The translations under genes were made by a program, and so were the position numbers. Under the pieces are notes generated by a model. The model was not told where the DNA came from. It searched no databases and was given only the letters and a program-made list of their open reading frames with translations. DNA of 64,000 nucleotides from an uncultured Microbacterium sp. (GTDB lineage: Bacteria > Actinomycetota > Actinomycetes > Actinomycetales > Microbacteriaceae). Numbering within the stretch: the first letter of the stretch is position 1; each line of letters begins with the position of its first letter. Positions 54,884 to 64,000 of this stretch are shown here, piece by piece. The stretch is taken from contig CAZHML010000004.1 of assembly GCA_964533745.1 (NCBI GenBank), positions 3,514 to 67,513 on the forward strand, written 5' to 3'.

Positions 54884-56320
54884 TTACTCGCCCTTCTTCT
54901 GGTACTGGTAGGGGTTGCTCAGGATCTCGGTCTCCGGGATCTCCGGGTTCTGCCCGGCGATCCAGTCATCACCGACCTCGGTCTCCAGATAGGACACCGT
55001 GCTGTCGAGCTTTGCCCGCACGCCGGCGAGGTCACCGGCGACCAGCTTGCCGCCGGACTTGACGACCGCGCCGCCCACGAGCACCGTGTGCACGTCGCCG
55101 CGCTGTGCCTGGTAGACCACCTGGCCGTAGGGGTTGATCAGCGGTGCCCAGGTCGGCGAGTCCTCGTTCTTGAGCAGCACGACATCGCCGAGCTTGCCCT
55201 TCTCGAGCGAGCCGATCAGGTGGTCCTTGCCGAGCGCCTTGGCCCCGCCGCGGGTGGCCATCGTGACGACGTCCTGCACGCGCAGCTTCACGTGCGTGAT
55301 GGTCTCGGGCGGGTCGCAGCGGTGCGCGTCGTAGTGCTCCATCGCGCGGTCGGCACCGACGGTGGCGCGCATGGCCGCGAACATGTCGGCGCTGAACCAG
55401 ACGCTGGTGTCCACAGACAGCGAGACGGGGATCCCGTGCCGGCGCAGATGATGCACCGGCGGGTAGCCCTGACCGCAGGTGTCCTCGGACTCCGTCGAGA
55501 GCGAGACGTTCCCGCCCGTGGCCGCGATCTTCTGGTAGGACTCGTCGGAAAGGCTCGCTGCATGCACGTAGGTGTAGCCCTCGCCCATGACGCCGGCCTC
55601 GTAGGCGTTGCGGATGCCCCAGTCGTTGGTCGCGCCCCAGACACCCGCGTGGGTGGTCACCGGCAGGCCGAGTTCCTTGGCGGCGCGGTAGGCCCCGAGT
55701 TCGGGGAAGTTCTCGTCCTGGTTGGGCACGTCGAACGCCACCTGCGTCCCGAACATGCGCGCGTCGTCGCGCGAGCGGGTCAGCAGTGCCTGGACGGCGG
55801 GGTCATTAGCCCACTCCCATGGCGACTGGTGGATGTTGCCGTAGGCGAAGACGAAGCGGCCGGGTGAGGAGACGAGCGCCTCGAAGGCCGCCTCGCCATG
55901 CTCGACGGTGCGCAGGCCATGCGACCAGTCCACGCTGGTGGTCACCCCCGACTCGACCGCATCCAGTGCCGAGATGAGGTTTCCGGCCGCGATGTCCTCG
56001 GGGCGGAACTTCATGCCGTGCTGCAGGTAGTACCAGACGAAGTACTGGGTCAGCGTCCAGTCCGAGCCATAGGCGCGCATCGCGGTCTGCCACATGTGAC
56101 GATGGGTGTCCACCATCCCGGGCATGACGATCCCGCCTGCGGCGTCGATCTCGAACGTGTTGTCGGGGACGGCCAGGTCGACTCCGACCTCGGCGATCTT
56201 CCCGTCGACGACGAGCACGTCTCCCCGGGGAAGAACGGTGTGCTTGTCATCCATGGTCAGCACGATTCCATTGCGGAACACGATCGGCTGGCCGGCTTTC
56301 GGTGCCGGAGTGTCGGTCAT
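54884..56320 (-). CDS. Amidohydrolase (deaminase/chlorohydrolase, ATZ/TRZ-like)
   Basis: PGMVDTHRH, TTHAG, YVHA, SVDT, GSLEKGK.GD. Confidence 0.9.
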   Translation of the reverse strand: MTDTPAPKAGQPIVFRNGIVLTMDDKHTVLPRGDVLVVDGKIAEVGVDLAVPDNTFEIDAAGGIVMPGMVDTHRHMWQTAMRAYGSDWTLTQYFVWYYLQHGMKFRPEDIAAGNLISALDAVESGVTTSVDWSHGLRTVEHGEAAFEALVSSPGRFVFAYGNIHQSPWEWANDPAVQALLTRSRDDARMFGTQVAFDVPNQDENFPELGAYRAAKELGLPVTTHAGVWGATNDWGIRNAYEAGVMGEGYTYVHAASLSDESYQKIAATGGNVSLSTESEDTCGQGYPPVHHLRRHGIPVSLSVDTSVWFSADMFAAMRATVGADRAMEHYDAHRCDPPETITHVKLRVQDVVTMATRGGAKALGKDHLIGSLEKGKLGDVVLLKNEDSPTWAPLINPYGQVVYQAQRGDVHTVLVGGAVVKSGGKLVAGDLAGVRAKLDSTVSYLETEVGDDWIAGQNPEIPETEILSNPYQYQKKGE

Positions 56321-56420
56321 AGGTGCTCATCCTCCTTGATTCGCGGTAATGCGGAACAGCGTGTCCGTGGGGCCGGATACCCGATCCCGTGAGGGCTGGG
56401 GCCGGTATCTCTCACTGCCC

Positions 56421-56443
56421 TATGTTTAGCAAAACTAAACATA
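56421..56443. promoter_or_regulatory. Palindromic operator TATGTTTAG-N5-CTAAACATA
   Basis: Perfect 9-5-9 palindrome upstream of the amidohydrolase gene. Confidence 0.78.
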
Positions 56444-56569
56444 AAAGTCTAGGTCTGTGTGTCTGACTGGACGGGATCCCGCGAGCTGGACGCGAGATTC
56501 GCCGGATTTAGCGAAAGTGCGCCGAATCTCGTATCCCGTCGTTCATCCCTGACGAACAGCCCGAGAGGA

Positions 56570-57631
56570 TCAGCGCCGCGCGTGCACGGCTGCCCTGGGC
56601 GCTGTCGCCCAGGGGTCGATGAGGGCCTTGACCTGTGCGGCCTGACCGGCCAGCAGCGGCTGGAGGGCGCCGTCGACCAGATCGTCCAGCGGCAGCACAT
56701 CGGGGGCGATGTCGCTCCAGTCCGGCCTGCTCTGCAGCAGCGCCACGGCGTCCACGACATCGGTGGCGTAGACATGAGCCACCGTTCCGACGATCAGATA
56801 CTCGCGCAGCGTCCAGGAGCCCAGCGGCAGCGCAGGCTCGCCGCGCTGGATGCCCACCGGCACGATCGTCGCTCCCGGCTGCGCGGCCTCCAGCACCGAG
56901 GCCAGCCCCGGGGCCGACCCGCTGACCTCGAAGAAGACGTCGACGTCGAATCCGGATGCCGCAAGCTTCTCGGCCAGTGACATCTCGCCCGGGCGCAGCG
57001 TGTCGGCAGCCCCTAGGCGGCGAGCCAGCTCCAGTCGCTCTGCGTTGAGGTCGACGACGAGTACGCGCGCACCGGTGGCGACGGCGGCGATCGTGATGAA
57101 GGCACCGATTCCGCCGACGCCGACGATGACGGCATCCTGCCCCGCGGTCAGGCCGCTGCGCCGCACGGCGTGCACGGCGATGGCCATGGGCTGGGCAAGA
57201 CCGAGGGTGTCGAGGCTGAGACCCGAGCCGCTGGCGTCGTAGACAATCCCCGCCGGGGCGATGACGTAGCCGGCGAGGCCACCGTTGTGGTGGAAGCCGA
57301 TCGTCGTATAGCTGCGGCAGAGGTTCGTGCGCCCGAGGCGGCAGGGTTTGCAGTCGCCGCAGGCGACGCCCGCACCGCACACGACGGATGCCCCGAGAGG
57401 GAGGTCCACGCCCGCGCCGACCGCGGCGACGGTGCCGGCGAACTCGTGGCCGAGCACGACCGGCGGCTGGGCGAGCACGAGACCGCGGCCGAACTCGGTG
57501 GCGTCGCTTCCGCACACCCCGCACACCGCGACCCGAATGAGCACCTCGCCCGGGCCGGGCTCGGGCACCGCGACCTCGTCGATCCGCAGATCGCCCACGT
57601 CGTGGAGCACGCCCGCGCGCATGGTGGTCAT
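56570..57631 (-). CDS. Zn-dependent medium-chain alcohol dehydrogenase
   Basis: CGSD, GHEF, CGDCKPC..NLC, GVGGIG. Confidence 0.92.
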   Translation of the reverse strand: MTTMRAGVLHDVGDLRIDEVAVPEPGPGEVLIRVAVCGVCGSDATEFGRGLVLAQPPVVLGHEFAGTVAAVGAGVDLPLGASVVCGAGVACGDCKPCRLGRTNLCRSYTTIGFHHNGGLAGYVIAPAGIVYDASGSGLSLDTLGLAQPMAIAVHAVRRSGLTAGQDAVIVGVGGIGAFITIAAVATGARVLVVDLNAERLELARRLGAADTLRPGEMSLAEKLAASGFDVDVFFEVSGSAPGLASVLEAAQPGATIVPVGIQRGEPALPLGSWTLREYLIVGTVAHVYATDVVDAVALLQSRPDWSDIAPDVLPLDDLVDGALQPLLAGQAAQVKALIDPWATAPRAAVHARR

Positions 57632-57939
57632 GCGAGGCTTCCCGCGCTGATCTGCAGTTGGGCGGCGCTGCGCTCGGCGATCATGTCGCCGAGGTGCTGC
57701 GCGTAGACGGCTTGGTGCTCGGGGTGGTCGAGATAGGCGTCCAGGCCCGCGGCGTCGTCGGTGATCGCGGCGACGGCGTAGTCGGTGCCACCGGGCCGGA
57801 GATGGAGGTTCGGCCCCGCCGTGTAGGAGCGGAGGGACTCGATTCTCGAGGCCATCAGATGCAGAGCCTCGGTCAGCGTCTGCACCTGCTGTTCGGTGAC
57901 ATCGTCGTTCCAGCGGAACGTCGCAACGTGGAGGATCAT
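57628..57939 (-). CDS. Dabb family (stress-responsive A/B barrel) protein
   Basis: MILHVATFRW, YLDHPEH. Confidence 0.88.
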   Translation of the reverse strand: MILHVATFRWNDDVTEQQVQTLTEALHLMASRIESLRSYTAGPNLHLRPGGTDYAVAAITDDAAGLDAYLDHPEHQAVYAQHLGDMIAERSAAQLQISAGSLA

Positions 57940-57954
57940 CTTCCCGCCTTCCAG

Positions 57955-58035
57955 TGTTTAGCTATAGTGTACATAGGCGAGGAAAGCCGCGCTATCTTGG
58001 GTGATTCTGTCGCTGATGTACATTTTCACTGTACT
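57955..58035. promoter_or_regulatory. Two copies of the 19-bp operator in the divergent region
   Basis: TGTTTAGCTATAGTGTACA (57955-57973) and TGTACATTTTCACTGTACT (58017-58035). Confidence 0.62.
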
Positions 58036-58066
58036 TTTCGCGAGCTTCGCAGGAGAGGGGAAGGTC

Positions 58067-59095
58067 ATGGGCGCATCCCGGATCGCTGTCATCGGCGCCG
58101 GCGCGAACGGCGGATCGATATCGGCGGATCTGATCCGCGCCGGTCACGACCTCACGGTGATCGAGCAGTGGCCCGCGCACGTCGAGCGGATGCGCGCCGA
58201 GGGCCTACGGGTGATCACCCCCGAAGAGGAGATCCTCGTGCACCCGGACGTCCGGCACCTGTGCGAGGTCGCCGAGCTGCGCGAGACCTTCGATATCGTG
58301 CTGATGCTCGTGAAGGCCTACGACACGCGCTGGGCGGCACAGCTGCTGGAGCCGCGACTGGCCCCGGACGGGCTTCTGGTCGGCGTGCAGAACGGCATGA
58401 CCACGCGCACGATCGCGGACGTCGTCGGCGCGCACCGCACCCTGGGGTGCGTCATCGAGTGCTCGGCCACGATGGACGATCCCGGCCTCATCCACCGGCA
58501 CACTCCGGTGTCACGCTCCTGGTTTGCGGTGGGCGCGTTGCCGGAAGGCCCAGCCGGACGCGAGGAGGAGGTCGCGGCGCTTCTGCGCACCGCAGGCACG
58601 GTGGAGGTCTTCGACGACATCGAATCGGCGAAGTGGATGAAACTCGTCAGCAACACCACGCTGCTGGTGACCTCGGCCATCCTGGGCCTGCCGATGCTCG
58701 ACGCGCTGCACGCGCCGGGATTCCGAGACGTGATGATCGCCGCGGGCCGGGAGTCGCTGCGCGTGGGCGCGGCCCTGGGCTACGAGGTGCTCCCCATTTT
58801 CGGGCTGACCGCCGCGGAGATCGCCGATCGCGAGGCGGTTGTGGACGTGATGACCGACAAGCTGTTCACGCAGTTCGTCGTCCCCGGTGCCACCACGACC
58901 GTGCTGCAGGACTGGCGGAAGGGCCGCCGTAGCGAGGCCGAGGACCTCGGCGGCCACGTCGTGCTGCGGGCCGCGGAGTGCGGCATCCCGGTTCCGGTGA
59001 ACGAGGCGGTCACCGCCGTCGCGCACCGCATCGAGGCGGGCGACCTGGAGCCGGGGCCGGGGAACCTTCCGCTGCTGACCGCGGCGCTGGCCTGA
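58067..59095 (+). CDS. Ketopantoate reductase family protein
   Basis: GAGANG, VKAYD, QNG, KWMKL..N, LQD..GRRSE. Confidence 0.88.
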   Translation: MGASRIAVIGAGANGGSISADLIRAGHDLTVIEQWPAHVERMRAEGLRVITPEEEILVHPDVRHLCEVAELRETFDIVLMLVKAYDTRWAAQLLEPRLAPDGLLVGVQNGMTTRTIADVVGAHRTLGCVIECSATMDDPGLIHRHTPVSRSWFAVGALPEGPAGREEEVAALLRTAGTVEVFDDIESAKWMKLVSNTTLLVTSAILGLPMLDALHAPGFRDVMIAAGRESLRVGAALGYEVLPIFGLTAAEIADREAVVDVMTDKLFTQFVVPGATTTVLQDWRKGRRSEAEDLGGHVVLRAAECGIPVPVNEAVTAVAHRIEAGDLEPGPGNLPLLTAALA

Positions 59096-59098
59096 GCC

Positions 59099-59767
59099 TC
59101 AGGAGCCCTTGAAGACCTCGGGGTGCCGGCCGAGCTGCAGCCGGGTGCGCCGGATATGGCCTTCCAGGATCCGCCCGGCGTCTTCGGCGTCGCCATCGCG
59201 CAGGGCGGTGACGATCATGTGGTGCTCGTCGTGCACGATGCGCTGGCGGTGACCGTCCAGCAGCAGAGTGTAGGCGCGGCGGTAGTGCTGGGTCGTATTC
59301 CACAGTCGGTGCACGAGGTCGCCCAGCAGCGCGGTTCGGGCGGGCGCATAGGTGAGCAGGTGGAACTCGCGGTCCAGGTGCAGGAACTCCTCGACATCGT
59401 CGTTCCCCTCCATCCGCTCGGTCAGGCGCTGCAGCCGGTCGAGGGTGTCCTCGTCGTGCCCGGGGAGGGCATAGCCCAGCAGCAGCGGCTCGATGCGCTC
59501 GCGGATGCGATAGGTCTCGTCGCATTCGGCCAGACTGAGGTGCGCGACCCAGGCGCCGGTGTTGGCGACCATCGTGACCAGGCCCTCCACCTCGAGGGCG
59601 CGCAGCGCCTCGCGCACCGGGATGCGACTGGCACCGAGCCGGGAGGCCAGATCCTCCTGCCGGATGCGGGTGCCGGGCGTCAGTTCACCGCGCAGGATCG
59701 CGGTGCGCAGGCTCTCGGCGACGCGTGCGCTGGCGGTGCCGTCGCGTGTGGCAGCAGGGGTGCTCAT
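59099..59767 (-). CDS. GntR family regulator (FCD domain)
   Basis: GASRIPVREAL; DREFH; EHHMI. Confidence 0.92.
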   Translation of the reverse strand: MSTPAATRDGTASARVAESLRTAILRGELTPGTRIRQEDLASRLGASRIPVREALRALEVEGLVTMVANTGAWVAHLSLAECDETYRIRERIEPLLLGYALPGHDEDTLDRLQRLTERMEGNDDVEEFLHLDREFHLLTYAPARTALLGDLVHRLWNTTQHYRRAYTLLLDGHRQRIVHDEHHMIVTALRDGDAEDAGRILEGHIRRTRLQLGRHPEVFKGS

Positions 59768-59770
59768 GGG

Positions 59771-60295
59771 TTACTCCGCGGGTCGTGCCGGATGCCAGAG
59801 GCGCACAGGCGCATCTGGCTCGTATGCCTTGCCGCCGGGAAAGCTCACCAGCTCCAGCTGCATGCCCCACGGAGTAAGGAAGTATACCCAGCGCTGTCCC
59901 TCACTCGCATTGCCGCTCGCGGTCGGCTCGCCCATGATGCGCACGCCGTGGCCGCGCAGGTACTCGATGGCGGCGTCGAGGTCGTCGACGTAGAACGAGA
60001 GGTGATGCCCGCCGAGGTCGCTGTTGCGCGGCTGTCGCTGCTGACCGTCTGCCGATTCGTACTCGAAGATCTCGAAGTTGGTGCCGAAGGCGCAGCGGTA
60101 GAAGACGAGCCTGCGCATGACCGTTCGCGGGTGCACGCCGAGGTGAATCTGCATCCAGTCGTCGTCGGCCCGGAAGGGGCCGAGCGAGTACACGCGTTCG
60201 CAGCCGATCACGTTCACGAAAAAGTCGTCGGCTTGATCGAGGTCGGGAACGGTGAAGCCGATGTGGTCCGTTCCCCGCAGTCCCGGCAGGGCCAT
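59771..60295 (-). CDS. VOC/glyoxalase family protein
   Basis: DHIGFTVPDL, FEIFEY, GGHHLSFYV, PWGMQLELV. Confidence 0.9.
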   Translation of the reverse strand: MALPGLRGTDHIGFTVPDLDQADDFFVNVIGCERVYSLGPFRADDDWMQIHLGVHPRTVMRRLVFYRCAFGTNFEIFEYESADGQQRQPRNSDLGGHHLSFYVDDLDAAIEYLRGHGVRIMGEPTASGNASEGQRWVYFLTPWGMQLELVSFPGGKAYEPDAPVRLWHPARPAE

Positions 60296-60340
60296 GTGCT
60301 GAGTGCTCCTCGTGTGCGGCTGGTGAAAAGATATCGCTCG

Positions 60341-60413
60341 TTGGATACATTACGGGGAAATATCGACGATGTCACGAGTATTCTGATCGTATTGTCTTGA
60401 TATTGGATGCAAT
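60341..60413. promoter_or_regulatory. Candidate GntR operators
   Basis: TTGGATACAT (60341-60350) and the near-palindrome ATTGGATGCAAT (60402-60413) in an A/T-rich divergent region. Confidence 0.45.
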
Positions 60414-60460
60414 CATGGCATAGCATGGCGAACGATCCCGACTCGAAGAGGAGAGCGGCC

Positions 60461-62656
60461 ATGCCCGAGCACGAGCGCCTTGACCCGATGGCACCGTGGG
60501 TGCAGCTGCGCACGACGCCGGAGGACTGGGCGGCGGCAGATCCCGTGCTGCTGCTGTCGATGCTGGGGCAGATGCATCTGATCCGCGCCTTCGAGGAGGG
60601 GCTCCTGGGCCTTGCCGCCGAGGGGCTCGTGCACGGCCCCGCGCACTCCAGCATCGGTCAGGAGGGGGGAGCGGTCGGCTCCATCGCGGGCCTGCGCCCG
60701 AGGGACGGGATCAACGGATCCCACCGCGGACACCACCAGTTTCTCGCGAAGGCTATCGGCTACGTCACCGGCGGGGTGCTCGATCCCGCGCACCTGGTCA
60801 CCGACGAGGTGCGAGAGGTCCTGCGACGCACGCTTGCCGAGATCCTGGGTCTGGACGCCGGGTTCAGCCGCGGCCGCGGCGGATCGATGCATCTGCAATG
60901 GCTCGAAGCAGGTGCCCTCGGCACGAATGCGATCGTCGGCGGCGGCGTTCCGGGAGCCGCGGGCAACGCCTGGGCGCAGAGGCACGCCGGCACCACGGAT
61001 GCCACCATCACCTACTTCGGCGACGGATCCAGCAGCATCGGCTCGGTGCTCGAGACCCTGAACCTCGCCGCCGCCTGGAACCTGCCGCTGGTGTTCTTCA
61101 TCGAGAACAACCTCTACGCCGTGGCCACGCACATCGATGAGGTCACCCGGGATGCGCGGCTGTCGGTGCGCGGCAGCGGCTTCGCCGTGCCCGCCTGGCG
61201 GGTCGACGGCATGGATCCGCTCGCCGTGCACCTGGCGACCACCGAGGCGCTGGAGCTCGCGCGTTCCGGCCAGGGGCCGGCGGTGATCGAGGCGGAGGTC
61301 TACCGCTACTTCCACCAGAACGGACCCTTCCCCGGCAGTGCCTTCGGCTACCGCACGAAGAAGGAGGAGTCGGCCTGGCGCGAGCGCGACCCGATCGCGC
61401 GATTGGAGCGCGAGCTGCACACCCGTGGCAACCTCGACAAGGCCGGTGCCGCCTCGATGCGTGCACAGGCGCAGGCCGCCTTCGACGAGGCCGCTGCCGA
61501 GTTCGTCGAGAACGACCCGGATGCGGGGGAGGAGAAGAAGCGAAGGATCGTCCCCGCCCGCTGGCCCGATCCCTCTTTCGTGGATGTCGGCGTCCGCGGG
61601 GATGCCAGCGAGCTGGGCACCGCCAGGGTGCTCGAACCACTCGCCCATGATGGCGGCACCGAAGAGGGTCGCTTCGTCGACTGGGTCGCGGCGGTGATGG
61701 GCAGGCGCATGGCCGAGGATCCGCGCATCGTGATCATGGGCGAGGACATCCACCGCCTCGCCGGGGGAACCAACGGCGCGACCAAGGGGCTCGCCGCGGC
61801 GCACCCCGATCGCGTGCTCGGGACGCCGATCAGCGAGAACGCCTTCGCGGGGCTCGCCGGAGGTCTCGCTCTGGACGGCCGCTTCCGTCCCGTGGTGGAG
61901 TTCATGTACCCCGATTTCATGTGGGTCGCCGCCGACCAGGTCTTCAACCAGATCGCCAAGGCGCGCCACATGTTCGGCGGAGTTAACCCGATGCCGCTCG
62001 TGCTGCGCACAAAGGTGGCCATGGGCTCGGGATACGGCTCACAGCACCTCATGGATCCGGCCGGGATCTTCGCCACGAGCGCGGGATGGCGCATCGTCGC
62101 TCCCTCTACCGCTGCCGACTACATCGGCCTGATGAACGCGGCGCTCGCCCTCGAAGATCCGGTACTCGTGATCGAGCACATCGATCTGTACGGTACGACT
62201 CAGCAGGTGCCTGAGGGCGACCTCGACTATGTGATCCCGCCAGGGAACGCCGCCGTGCGGCGGACGGGATCAGAGGTCACGGTGATTAGCTACCTCTCCA
62301 TGGTGAGCCATTGCCTGGAGGCCATCGGACAGACCGGTATCGATGCCGAACTCATTGACCTCCGCTGGCTCGATCGCGCCTCGATCGACTGGGACACCAT
62401 CGGCGAGAGCATCCGCAAGACCAATGCGGTGCTCATCGTCGAGCAGGGCGCGCGCGGCACCGGCTACGGCGGGTGGCTCGCCGATGAACTGCAGCGGCGC
62501 TTCTTCGACTGGCTCGACCAGCCGATCGAGCGCGTGACCGGCGGTGAGGCGAGCCCGAGCATCTCGAAGGTGCTGGAGCGGGCCGCGATCGCCGGGACCG
62601 AAGAGGTCGTCGCCGGGCTTGAGCGCGTGCGCGCCGCGATGGGAGGCGCGAGGTGA
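60461..62656 (+). CDS. 2-oxoacid/acetoin dehydrogenase E1, fused alpha and beta subunits
   Basis: HSSIGQE, FGDG..ENNLY, MGEDI, TPISE, LIDLRWL. Confidence 0.92.
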   Translation: MPEHERLDPMAPWVQLRTTPEDWAAADPVLLLSMLGQMHLIRAFEEGLLGLAAEGLVHGPAHSSIGQEGGAVGSIAGLRPRDGINGSHRGHHQFLAKAIGYVTGGVLDPAHLVTDEVREVLRRTLAEILGLDAGFSRGRGGSMHLQWLEAGALGTNAIVGGGVPGAAGNAWAQRHAGTTDATITYFGDGSSSIGSVLETLNLAAAWNLPLVFFIENNLYAVATHIDEVTRDARLSVRGSGFAVPAWRVDGMDPLAVHLATTEALELARSGQGPAVIEAEVYRYFHQNGPFPGSAFGYRTKKEESAWRERDPIARLERELHTRGNLDKAGAASMRAQAQAAFDEAAAEFVENDPDAGEEKKRRIVPARWPDPSFVDVGVRGDASELGTARVLEPLAHDGGTEEGRFVDWVAAVMGRRMAEDPRIVIMGEDIHRLAGGTNGATKGLAAAHPDRVLGTPISENAFAGLAGGLALDGRFRPVVEFMYPDFMWVAADQVFNQIAKARHMFGGVNPMPLVLRTKVAMGSGYGSQHLMDPAGIFATSAGWRIVAPSTAADYIGLMNAALALEDPVLVIEHIDLYGTTQQVPEGDLDYVIPPGNAAVRRTGSEVTVISYLSMVSHCLEAIGQTGIDAELIDLRWLDRASIDWDTIGESIRKTNAVLIVEQGARGTGYGGWLADELQRRFFDWLDQPIERVTGGEASPSISKVLERAAIAGTEEVVAGLERVRAAMGGAR

Positions 62657-63927
62657 GCGTCACCGTCACGATGCCCTCGGCCATGGCCGGTGCCGCAGAG
62701 GCGGCGGTGCAGCGCTGGCTCGTCGCCGTCGGCGACGAGGTGACCGCCGGGCAGCCGCTCGTCGAGATCGAGACCGAGAAAGCCGTCTTCGAGGTCGAGG
62801 CCGAAGCGGCCGGTACGATCGCGCAGATCCTCGCTGCTGAGGGGACGCAGATCTCGGTCGGTGCCCCTATCGCGGTCATTGCCGAGCCAGGGGAGGATGC
62901 GGCGAGCATTGCCGCGCCAACGCCGCCCGCCGGGGCGGACGAACTCGCCGGGCAGAGCGCTCCCGAAGGGAGTGCTCCCGCGTCGGTCGGGCCGGATCGC
63001 GCGGCGTCCGCGACCTCCGAGGGGGCCTCTTCCTCTGCCGAGCAGGACGGCCATTCGGCCCGGATCTTCGCCACGCCCATCGTGCGCAAGCTCGCGCGCG
63101 AGCGCGGCCTCGACCTCGGCACGGTGCGGGGCACCGGCCCGAACGGCCGGATCGTGCGACGCGACCTCGATGCGCTCCCCGCGGAGGCGAAGGAGCGCGC
63201 GGTCGCCACTGCGGCATCCCTCGACGGCGACGCCCCCTTCGAGGACATCCCGCTCACGCCCATGCGCCGGGCGATCGCCCGGCGCCTTACTGAGAGCGTG
63301 ACGACGATCCCCCAGTTCACGGTCAACGCCGAGTGCCGGGTCGACGCGCTGATCGCGTTGCGCACGCAGATCAACGAGGCGCAGGCGGCGCGCGAGGCGG
63401 ATCCCGTCTCTCTGGGCGACCTCGTGCTCATAGCCGTCGGTGCCGCGCTCGCGGCGGTGCCCGAGGCGAACGCGATCTGGACGGAGAATGCGATCCGCCG
63501 GTTCGGCCGGGCGGATGTGGGCGTGGCCGTCGCCCTCGACGGAGGATTGGTCACCCCTGTCGTGCGCGGTGTCGACCGCCTGCGCGTGACCGAGCTGAGT
63601 ACCGCAGTGCGCGACATCGCCCAGCGGGCGCGCGAGGGTCGGCTGCGTCAGGACGAGCTCGGCGGGGGATCCTTCGCGGTGTCGAACCTCGGGATGTTCG
63701 GCACGCGGTCCTTCACCGCGATCATCAATCCGCCGCATTCCGGCATCCTCGCGGTCGGAGCCGCCGAGCGACGTGCCATGGTGGACGAGGACGGAGCGCT
63801 CACGGCCGCCACGGTGATGTCGGTCACGCTGACCGCCGATCACCGGGTCGTGGACGGGGCGCTCGCCGCGCGCTGGCTGAACGCCTTCCGTGGCTTCATC
63901 GAGCATCCGGTGACGATGCTCGTCTGA
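62653..63927 (+). CDS. Dihydrolipoamide acyltransferase E2
   Basis: Lipoyl ETEKA; E3-binding ATP..RKLA..GTGPNGRI; catalytic DHRVVDG. Confidence 0.93.
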   Translation: MSVTVTMPSAMAGAAEAAVQRWLVAVGDEVTAGQPLVEIETEKAVFEVEAEAAGTIAQILAAEGTQISVGAPIAVIAEPGEDAASIAAPTPPAGADELAGQSAPEGSAPASVGPDRAASATSEGASSSAEQDGHSARIFATPIVRKLARERGLDLGTVRGTGPNGRIVRRDLDALPAEAKERAVATAASLDGDAPFEDIPLTPMRRAIARRLTESVTTIPQFTVNAECRVDALIALRTQINEAQAAREADPVSLGDLVLIAVGAALAAVPEANAIWTENAIRRFGRADVGVAVALDGGLVTPVVRGVDRLRVTELSTAVRDIAQRAREGRLRQDELGGGSFAVSNLGMFGTRSFTAIINPPHSGILAVGAAERRAMVDEDGALTAATVMSVTLTADHRVVDGALAARWLNAFRGFIEHPVTMLV

Positions 63928-63949
63928 GCCGCGTCTGCGCCAACCGATC

Positions 63950-63988
63950 TCCGTGCGGCGCGAGCGGGATCCTCCCGCGCCGCACGGA
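63950..63988 (+). terminator. Stem-loop after E2
   Basis: TCCGTGCGGCGCG-13 nt-CGCGCCGCACGGA. Confidence 0.6.
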
Positions 63989-64000
63989 AGGCACCGCTAC

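Noticed and set aside
56330-56420. Riboswitch in the amidohydrolase leader
   Set aside because: Only short hairpins (GATACC...GGTATC) and no aptamer consensus I recognise; an Rfam/Infernal scan would settle it.

Overview
High-GC actinobacterial chromosome. Gene order, leaderless promoters and the REP-type repeat suggest Microbacteriaceae, probably Microbacterium (inference). Core backbone: biotin carboxylase (partial), Maf, TRAM RNA methyltransferase, a response regulator with two membrane partners, initiator tRNA-Met, CN-hydrolase, aminotransferase, HtrA, purK, then purE, LCP, ispDF, DMT, cysS and rlmB. purK and purE are split by about 27.5 kb: a DUF222/HNH gene plus a visibly less GC-rich island with no integrase. 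The island carries a Nur-like Fur regulator with a Ni/peptide ABC importer and two FadR/GntR modules of uncharacterised catabolic genes. These include a His-rich cupin, a TPP enzyme, an ALDH, a Rieske + small protein + amidohydrolase-fold module that looks like a dinuclear monooxygenase, and an enolase-family enzyme with non-canonical catalytic residues. After rlmB, a second accessory block (45.8-59 kb) is tied together by a repeated 19-bp palindrome, probably an XRE-cupin regulon. A GntR/VOC/fused E1/E2 unit ends the window. Small-scale findings: a 161-bp TA-targeting MITE-like element whose removal restores the original gene end, REP-like 24-mers inside coding DNA, and tandem duplications of gene 3' ends. 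No CRISPR, rRNA, integrase or transposase was seen. All family calls come from motif recognition by eye; no searches were run.
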